Of a DNA stretch of 32,000 bases, positions 26,460 to 32,000 are shown one piece after another. The stretch spans positions 1,050,001 through 1,082,000 of the forward strand of contig NC_002937.3 in assembly GCF_000195755.1 (NCBI RefSeq), given 5' to 3'. The DNA is from Nitratidesulfovibrio vulgaris str. Hildenborough (lineage in GTDB: Bacteria; Desulfobacterota; Desulfovibrionia; Desulfovibrionales; Desulfovibrionaceae). A program made the position numbers and the translations under genes. The notes under the pieces are model-generated. The model was not told the origin of the DNA, did no database searches, and saw nothing but the letters and a program-made list of their open reading frames with translations. Each line of letters opens with the position of its first letter. Positions within the stretch are counted from its first letter, which is position 1.

Positions 26460-29024
26460 ATGGTCGGCATCGTCGTCGTCACGCATAGCGCGGTGTTGGG
26501 GCAGGGTCTCAGGGAACTGGCTGAGCAGATGACACAGGGCCGAGTGCCGCTGGCTGTGGCCGGAGGCATCGACGACCCCGACCATCCGATAGGAACCGAC
26601 CCCGTGCGGGTGATGACCGCCATCGAGGAGGTGCAACAGGGCGACGGCGTGCTTGTGCTGATGGACCTTGGCAGCGCCCTCATGAGCGCGGAGACGGCCC
26701 TCGACCTTCTGCCGCCGGAGGTGGCCTCTCAGGTACGACTCAGTGCCGCGCCACTGGTGGAGGGGCTCATGGCGGCCGCTGTCCTCGCCTCGACCGGGGC
26801 CGACCTTGGAGCCGTGGCGGAGGAGGCGCAGAGCGCGCTGGCGGCGAAGCGCGAACTGCTCGGTGCGGCGGCCCCCGCAGCCCCGGCGATGCCTTCAGCG
26901 CATCCGGAAGGGGCACGGGATTCCACAGTGCCCTCGTCGGCAATGCCCGCTGGCGAGGAACTCACGCTGGTGGTTCCCAACAGGCTCGGCTTGCATGCGC
27001 GTCCGGCTGCACGCATCGTCACTGCACTGGGGCCGTTTGCCGCAGACGTGCAACTGGTGCGGGGCGACCGCGTCGTCTCCGCGCGTTCGGTGAACCGCAT
27101 CGCGACGCTGGCCGTGCGTGGCGGTGAGACCGTGACCTTCAGGGCCGTGGGTGGCGATGCCGCCCTCGCCCTGCGAGCCATCGAAGCTCTTGCGGCAGCT
27201 CATTTCGGCGATGCGCCTGAAGCCCCGTCCAAAGGGGAGGCCCCGTCCCCGGCGGAGGCGCCGAAGGATGGGGACATGGCAGAGGCCGCCGTATCTGCCG
27301 ATGTTCAAGGTGGAGGCGTCCTGCGCGGGGCCGCCGCATCTCCGGGGCTGACCGTCGGAAACGCGGTATGGTACCGGCCCGCCTTCGATGCCCCGGATGT
27401 CGCGCCCCTTGCGGACGACCCGGCGACCGAGGTCACCCGTCTGGATGCGGCCCTCGGCGCGGCGCGCACCGAACTGGTCGAACTCGAACGCCGCACAGTT
27501 GCCGCAGCCGGTCGGAAAGAGGCCGAGATATTCGCCATGCACCGGTTGCTGCTCGACGATGTCACCATCGCCGGGGCGGCGCGTCAGCGCATAATGGACA
27601 GGCGCGAGGCAGCCGAATCCGCATGGTATGAAGTGATCAGCGATGCAGCGGCGACCTTCCGGCAACTTCCCGAAGGCTACATGCGTGAACGTGAGGCCGA
27701 CATGGTGGATGTGGGCGCCCGCGTACTGCGCCTGCTGACCGGGGTTGCAGCGGTCGGCCCCCGTCTTGGCGGCCCTTCGGTGCTGCTGGCCACCGACCTT
27801 GGTCCTTCGGATATGGCGACCCTAGACCCCTCGCTGGTCATCGGCATCGTCACGGTGCAAGGCGGGGCCACTTCCCATGCCGCCATCCTCGCCCGGTCAC
27901 TGGGCATCCCTGCCGTGGCAGGGCTGGGGCCAGCACTGCAGGGGGTGGGCGAGGGCGACATCGTGGCCCTCGATGGCGGCACCGGCGACGTCTGGGTGAA
28001 TCCTGCACCGGGTGTGCGGGCCGCCGTCGAAGCCCGTCGTGACGCATGGCTTGCAGGGCGCGAAGCGGCCCTCGCTGGTGCGGCTGCGCCCGCAGTCACC
28101 GCCGACGGCCGTGCTGTGCACATACTCGCCAACATCGGTTCTTCCGCAGATGCCGGTGCGGCACTCAAGAACGGCGCAGAGGGCGTGGGGCTCTTCCGGA
28201 CGGAGTTCCTGTTTCTCGACCGGACATCCCCCCCCGGCGAGGAGGAACAGCTGACAGCCTACGTGACCGCCGCGGCAGCCATGCAGGGCCGCCCTGTGGT
28301 GGTGCGCACGCTCGATATCGGCGGCGATAAACCGGTGTCCTATCTTGAAGGCTTCGCCACCGGCGAGGACAATCCCTTTCTCGGGCTGCGAGGCATACGT
28401 TTCTGCCTTGAGCGGAAACCGCTTTTCATGACCCAGCTGCGTGCGCTCTTGCGTGCTGCCGCCGTCCATCCGCTGAAGGTCATGTTCCCCATGGTGGCGC
28501 ACCCCGGCGAACTCGCCGCTGCGAAGGCGTTGCTGGATGAAGCCCGTGCGACACTCGACGCGGAAGGCATGCCGCATGGCCAGCTTGATGTGGGTATCAT
28601 GATCGAGGTGCCCGCGGCGGTGGCCCTTGCCGACCAGCTGGCACGTGACGCCGCCTTCTTCAGCATAGGCACCAACGACCTCGCCCAGTATGTCATGGCG
28701 GCGGACAGGGGGAACGCCTCTGTGGCGGCCCTGTCGGATGCGTTGCATCCTGCCGTGTTGCGCATGGTGCGTGACACGGTGCGGGCGGGGCATGCTGCGG
28801 GCATTCCCGTGGCGATATGCGGTGAGCTTGGGGGCAACCCGGAGGCCATTCCCCTGCTGGTGGGACTTGAGCTTGATGAACTGAGCATGAACGGCCCCGC
28901 CATCCCACGTGCCAAGGAAGTGGTGCGTGGGTGCGATACAGGCACGTGCGCGGTTCTGGCCGACCGCGCCATGGCGTTGCCCGATGCCGCGGCCGTGCGG
29001 CGGCTACTGCAGGGTGGTTCGTGA
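26460..29024 (+). CDS. dhaM: multiphosphoryl transfer protein: DhaM (EIIA-Man-like) + HPr + full-length Enzyme I
   Basis: N-terminus MVGIVVVTHS...GIDDPDHPIGTD...MDLGSALMSAETAL (DhaM). An HPr-like domain LGLHARPAARIV. EI with GGATSHAAILARSLGIPAV, the PEP-binding C-terminal domain (FFSIGTNDLAQY, ICGELGG) and a Pro/Ala/Glu linker. Confidence 0.9.
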   Translation: MVGIVVVTHSAVLGQGLRELAEQMTQGRVPLAVAGGIDDPDHPIGTDPVRVMTAIEEVQQGDGVLVLMDLGSALMSAETALDLLPPEVASQVRLSAAPLVEGLMAAAVLASTGADLGAVAEEAQSALAAKRELLGAAAPAAPAMPSAHPEGARDSTVPSSAMPAGEELTLVVPNRLGLHARPAARIVTALGPFAADVQLVRGDRVVSARSVNRIATLAVRGGETVTFRAVGGDAALALRAIEALAAAHFGDAPEAPSKGEAPSPAEAPKDGDMAEAAVSADVQGGGVLRGAAASPGLTVGNAVWYRPAFDAPDVAPLADDPATEVTRLDAALGAARTELVELERRTVAAAGRKEAEIFAMHRLLLDDVTIAGAARQRIMDRREAAESAWYEVISDAAATFRQLPEGYMREREADMVDVGARVLRLLTGVAAVGPRLGGPSVLLATDLGPSDMATLDPSLVIGIVTVQGGATSHAAILARSLGIPAVAGLGPALQGVGEGDIVALDGGTGDVWVNPAPGVRAAVEARRDAWLAGREAALAGAAAPAVTADGRAVHILANIGSSADAGAALKNGAEGVGLFRTEFLFLDRTSPPGEEEQLTAYVTAAAAMQGRPVVVRTLDIGGDKPVSYLEGFATGEDNPFLGLRGIRFCLERKPLFMTQLRALLRAAAVHPLKVMFPMVAHPGELAAAKALLDEARATLDAEGMPHGQLDVGIMIEVPAAVALADQLARDAAFFSIGTNDLAQYVMAADRGNASVAALSDALHPAVLRMVRDTVRAGHAAGIPVAICGELGGNPEAIPLLVGLELDELSMNGPAIPRAKEVVRGCDTGTCAVLADRAMALPDAAAVRRLLQGGS

Positions 29025-29061
29025 CGCCGCGCTGGTGAACGCGGGATGACCTGCCGCGGCC

Positions 29062-29721
29062 CTAGCGGACTTCGCGCAGCAGCCTGCCCAGCAATGTGCG
29101 GCTTTCGGCTTCTGCGGCGGTCACCTCTGCGGTGGTCAGCCCCGCCCCCAGTGCCACGGCAAGGCGGTGGTCGGGGTTCACGAAATCACGGGAGTGGTGG
29201 GCGTCGTTGTTGATGACGCACCTGACGCCGTGCCTTCGCGCCGCCATGGCGACATGCCCGTTGGTGAGGGCGTGTCCGGGACGGGTCGTGATTTCAAAGC
29301 GCACGCCGCGTTCGGCGGCATAGGCGGCATCCTCGTCACTGACGAGTCCGGGGTGGGCCAGGATGTCGACACCACCTTCGATGGCGGCAAGGTTGGTGCC
29401 GGTTTCGACGGCATCGCTGATGGTCTCGCCGTGCACCAGCACAAGCTGCGCGCCCATGGCGCGTGCCTCGCGCACGGCTTCGGGGATGAGGGCAGGGGGC
29501 ACGTGTGTGAGTTCCACACCCGCGAATACCTCGATGCCCGCGTAGAGTGAGTACTTGCGGGCCAGCGGCAGGGTCTGGCGCAGGATGAGGTCCATGTTGG
29601 CATGGTCGGCGTGGTCGGTGAGTGCCACGGCGCGATACCCGGCCATCTTGGCGTGGCGCACGGCCACGGCGGGGGTCATGGTGCTGTCGCTGAACGTGGT
29701 GTGGACGTGGAAGTCGATCAT
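29062..29721 (-). CDS. PHP-family metal-dependent phosphoesterase (histidinol-phosphatase-like)
   Basis: MIDFHVHTTFSD...ALTDHAD...VHGE...HPG...NNDAHH is the PHP His/Asp motif series. The ATG at 29721 is separated by 1 nt from the upstream stop (TAGGATG). Confidence 0.8.
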   Translation of the reverse strand: MIDFHVHTTFSDSTMTPAVAVRHAKMAGYRAVALTDHADHANMDLILRQTLPLARKYSLYAGIEVFAGVELTHVPPALIPEAVREARAMGAQLVLVHGETISDAVETGTNLAAIEGGVDILAHPGLVSDEDAAYAAERGVRFEITTRPGHALTNGHVAMAARRHGVRCVINNDAHHSRDFVNPDHRLAVALGAGLTTAEVTAAEAESRTLLGRLLREVR

Positions 29722-29722
29722 C

Positions 29723-30268
29723 CTACATCCTGTACTTGGTCTCTGGGTCGAGCGACTGCAACAGGTCTGACAGTTCCTTCTCGTCGGGTTCGTCGAGCTG
29801 TTCGCGTGTCATGCCCAGTGTCGTGTCGCCGGGGGCCCGCAGCACGGCGCTATCATCCTGCATGGGGCGCATACGGTCCTCGGCGGCGCGGCGGAGCACA
29901 TCTTCGCGCACGAGGATTGGCACCCCGGCGCGCAGGGCGAGGGCGATGCCGTCCGACGGGCGGCAGTCCACACGCGCCTGACGTCCCCCCGCGATGAGCA
30001 CGAGTTCGGCGAAGTAGGTTCCCTCGCGCAAATCCACAAGGTCGACCGCCACAAGTTCGGCCCGCAGCGCGTGCAGTGTGTGCAGCAGGAGGTCGTGCGT
30101 GAGGGGGCGCGGCACGTCGACGTTGTTGAGCGCCAGCGAAATGGCCATGGCCTCCATCGCACCTATCCAGATGGGAAGCAGTTCGTCCGACTCCTCGCGC
30201 CGCAGCACGAGGATGGGAGCCTTGGTCGACTCGTCGAGCGAAAGACCGACGACTTTCATTTCTACCAT
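29723..30268 (-). CDS. bifunctional nuclease family protein (DUF151)
   Basis: PILVLRREESDELLPIWIG..EA.AI....N...PRPLTHDLL, then YFAELVL and RPSDGIALALR. The ATG at 30268 overlaps the miaB stop (ATGGTAG); an alternative ATG lies at 30259. The track extension to 30487 is Arg-rich junk inside miaB. Confidence 0.8.
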   Translation of the reverse strand: MVEMKVVGLSLDESTKAPILVLRREESDELLPIWIGAMEAMAISLALNNVDVPRPLTHDLLLHTLHALRAELVAVDLVDLREGTYFAELVLIAGGRQARVDCRPSDGIALALRAGVPILVREDVLRRAAEDRMRPMQDDSAVLRAPGDTTLGMTREQLDEPDEKELSDLLQSLDPETKYRM

Positions 30269-31611
30269 GGCGCACCTGCCTGCTCCGCGAGGAGCGAATG
30301 CTTCTTGGCCTGCGCGACGACGACGGGCAAGAACCTTCCACGCACGTCCGACCCTTGCGGCAGCGCGACGTTGACCAGGTTTCCGTAGGGGTCGCGGCCC
30401 TGCCAGCTGTCGCCTTCGTCGCCCGGTTTGCGGCTCATCCCTTCGAGGAGTACCTCGACCTTCCTTCCTACCATGTCTTGCAGGCATCGTTCCGTCAATC
30501 TGTTCTGAAGTGTCTGCAACCGTTCGAGCCGTTCGAGTTTGACCTCGCGGGACAGCTTGTCGGGCAGCATCTCGGCGCGTGTACCGGGCCTGTCGGAGTA
30601 GCAGAACGAGTACGAGGCGGCGTAGCCCACCGTCTCGAGTGCGTCCATGGTCTCCATGAAGTCCTCTTCCGTCTCACCGGGGAAGCCCACGATGATGTCG
30701 CTGGAGAGCACGATGTCGGGTCGTGCGGCACGCAGGTCGTCCACGATGCGCAGGTACCGTGCCATGTCGTAGCGCCGCCCCATGAGCTTGAGGATGCGGT
30801 CCGACCCTGCCTGTAGTGGCAGATGCAGCCGGGGGCACAGGTTGGGCAGCGTGCCGAAGGCTTCGACCACCTCGGGGGCGATGTCCTTGGGGTGCGGGGT
30901 GACGAAGCGCAGGCGCTCCAGCCCCGGTAGCGCGGCGACCTTGTGCAACAGTTGCGCGAACGTGGTGCCGTCGCCGTGGCTATCCTGCCCGAACGAGTTC
31001 ACGTTCTGGCCCAGCAGGGTTATCTCTCTCGCGCCCCTGTCGAGAAGGGCGCGGCATTCGTCAAGGATGGTGCCTGTGGCGCGCGACTTCTGCCTGCCGC
31101 GTGTGTAGGGCACGATGCAGTAGGCGCAGAAGTTGTCGCACCCCTGCATGATATTGACGAAGACCGATGCGGGCACGGCCCCCTGCCCGAGGACTGCGTC
31201 GCGTTCCGGGTAGTCCTCGGAAAAGTCGAGCAGCGAGAGTTTGAGGTCGGGTTCCTCGACAAGGCGGTCGAGGGCTTGCGGGGCCATGGCGAGTCCGTCG
31301 GTGCCGAAGACGAGCCGCACTTGCGGAAAACGGCTGAAAAAGCCCGAACCTATCTGCTGCGCCACGCAACCGCCCACCGCGACGAAGGCGTCGGGCTTCT
31401 TGCTTGTGGCTTGCCTGATGCGGCCCAGCAGGCTGTAGACCTTCTGTTCGGGCTTGTCGCGTACGGAACAGGTGTTGACGATGGTCAGTCTCGCCTCACC
31501 GAAGGGGGCAGGTGAGAAGCCGCGCTCCATGAGGGCGCGGGCGAGCCAGTCCGAGTCGTTGACGTTCATCTGGCAGCCGAACGTCTCTATGTGGAATGTG
31601 CGGTCGTGCAT
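30262..31611 (-). CDS. miaB: tRNA (N6-isopentenyl-A37) methylthiotransferase MiaB
   Basis: FHIETFGCQMNVNDSD (N-terminal cluster), radical-SAM GCDNFCAYCIVPYTRGR, C-terminal TRAM region. The start at 31611 (MHDRTF) was chosen by homology of the N-terminus. The SD is poor, and 31692 cannot be excluded. Confidence 0.9.
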   Translation of the reverse strand: MHDRTFHIETFGCQMNVNDSDWLARALMERGFSPAPFGEARLTIVNTCSVRDKPEQKVYSLLGRIRQATSKKPDAFVAVGGCVAQQIGSGFFSRFPQVRLVFGTDGLAMAPQALDRLVEEPDLKLSLLDFSEDYPERDAVLGQGAVPASVFVNIMQGCDNFCAYCIVPYTRGRQKSRATGTILDECRALLDRGAREITLLGQNVNSFGQDSHGDGTTFAQLLHKVAALPGLERLRFVTPHPKDIAPEVVEAFGTLPNLCPRLHLPLQAGSDRILKLMGRRYDMARYLRIVDDLRAARPDIVLSSDIIVGFPGETEEDFMETMDALETVGYAASYSFCYSDRPGTRAEMLPDKLSREVKLERLERLQTLQNRLTERCLQDMVGRKVEVLLEGMSRKPGDEGDSWQGRDPYGNLVNVALPQGSDVRGRFLPVVVAQAKKHSLLAEQAGAPW

Positions 31612-31743
31612 GGGGGGTATCGTGTCGGCTTGCGCGCTGGCGCGGAGTGTGTTGCGGGGGACTGTGCTGCGGTGCCTGTCTGGCCGTGGCATTCGGGCCG
31701 TGTGCTCCCGGACGTCACGTCGGCAGCCGTGCCGCCCGTTGCG

Positions 31744-31989
31744 CTATCGGTTGTCGGTGCCGTTCTCTCTGGCTTCACGTGTGTCGGCTTCGGCCTTGTC
31801 CTTGGCCGCTTCGAGTCGGGCATGGTCACCCGCGAGAAAGAAGAGGGCAACGGGGGCGGCTAGGCACAGGGTGAACCAGAGCAGGACATTGCGTTTCTGG
31901 CGCGCGGCGAGAACGCCGCCCATGCAGCCTGCCCCGAACCATATGGCGGACATGATCCAGTAGCCTTTCTGCGTGAAGTCGAGTTCCAT
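31744..31989 (-). CDS. small membrane protein (81 aa), function unknown
   Basis: ATG at 31989 with a GGAG SD. Two predicted TM helices (WIMSAIWFGAGCMGGVLAA, LLWFTLCLAAPVALFFLAG) and a charged tail. Confidence 0.5.
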   Translation of the reverse strand: MELDFTQKGYWIMSAIWFGAGCMGGVLAARQKRNVLLWFTLCLAAPVALFFLAGDHARLEAAKDKAEADTREARENGTDNR

Positions 31990-32000
31990 GGGTGCTCCGG

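Overview
High-GC bacterial chromosomal segment; hand counts on single 60-nt lines of typical genes give about 70% G+C. Gene content, order and codon bias look like a Desulfovibrio (D. vulgaris-like) core region. That assignment comes from memory, not from a search. CDS coordinates include the stop codon, and several starts were moved downstream of the ORF-track start to the ATG/GTG with a good Shine-Dalgarno (SD). Left to right: alr; rpsF-rpsR-rplI-dnaB; a convergent 1354-aa DUF748/AsmA-like membrane-anchored protein; queF; a divergent ~1000-aa large-class glutamate dehydrogenase; a 58-aa zinc-ribbon ORF absent from the ORF track; a polar amino-acid ABC transporter (binding protein, permease, ATPase). 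Then comes a tightly coupled five-gene unit (LysE exporter, Cys-rich lipoprotein, extended MogA, tandem-HD HD-GYP, UbiA prenyltransferase), a small hypothetical gene and yjgA. On the minus strand sit an atypical receiver-TPR protein and a compositionally foreign coiled-coil/zinc-ribbon gene. These are followed by an orphan TupA-like binding protein, dhaK-dhaL-dhaM(HPr-EI fusion), and leftward miaB, a DUF151 nuclease, a PHP phosphoesterase and a small membrane protein. I found no rRNA, tRNA, CRISPR array, IS element, integrase or recognisable defence or toxin-antitoxin module. I cannot defend any complete novel system here. The best leads are the low-GC zinc-ribbon islet beside the orphan TupA-like gene with its structured leader, the pseudo-receiver-TPR protein, the unlisted zinc-ribbon mini-ORF, the giant DUF748 protein with its repeat-bearing upstream region, and the heterogeneous coupled five-gene unit. 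All homology calls rest on motif recognition by eye and no searches were run.
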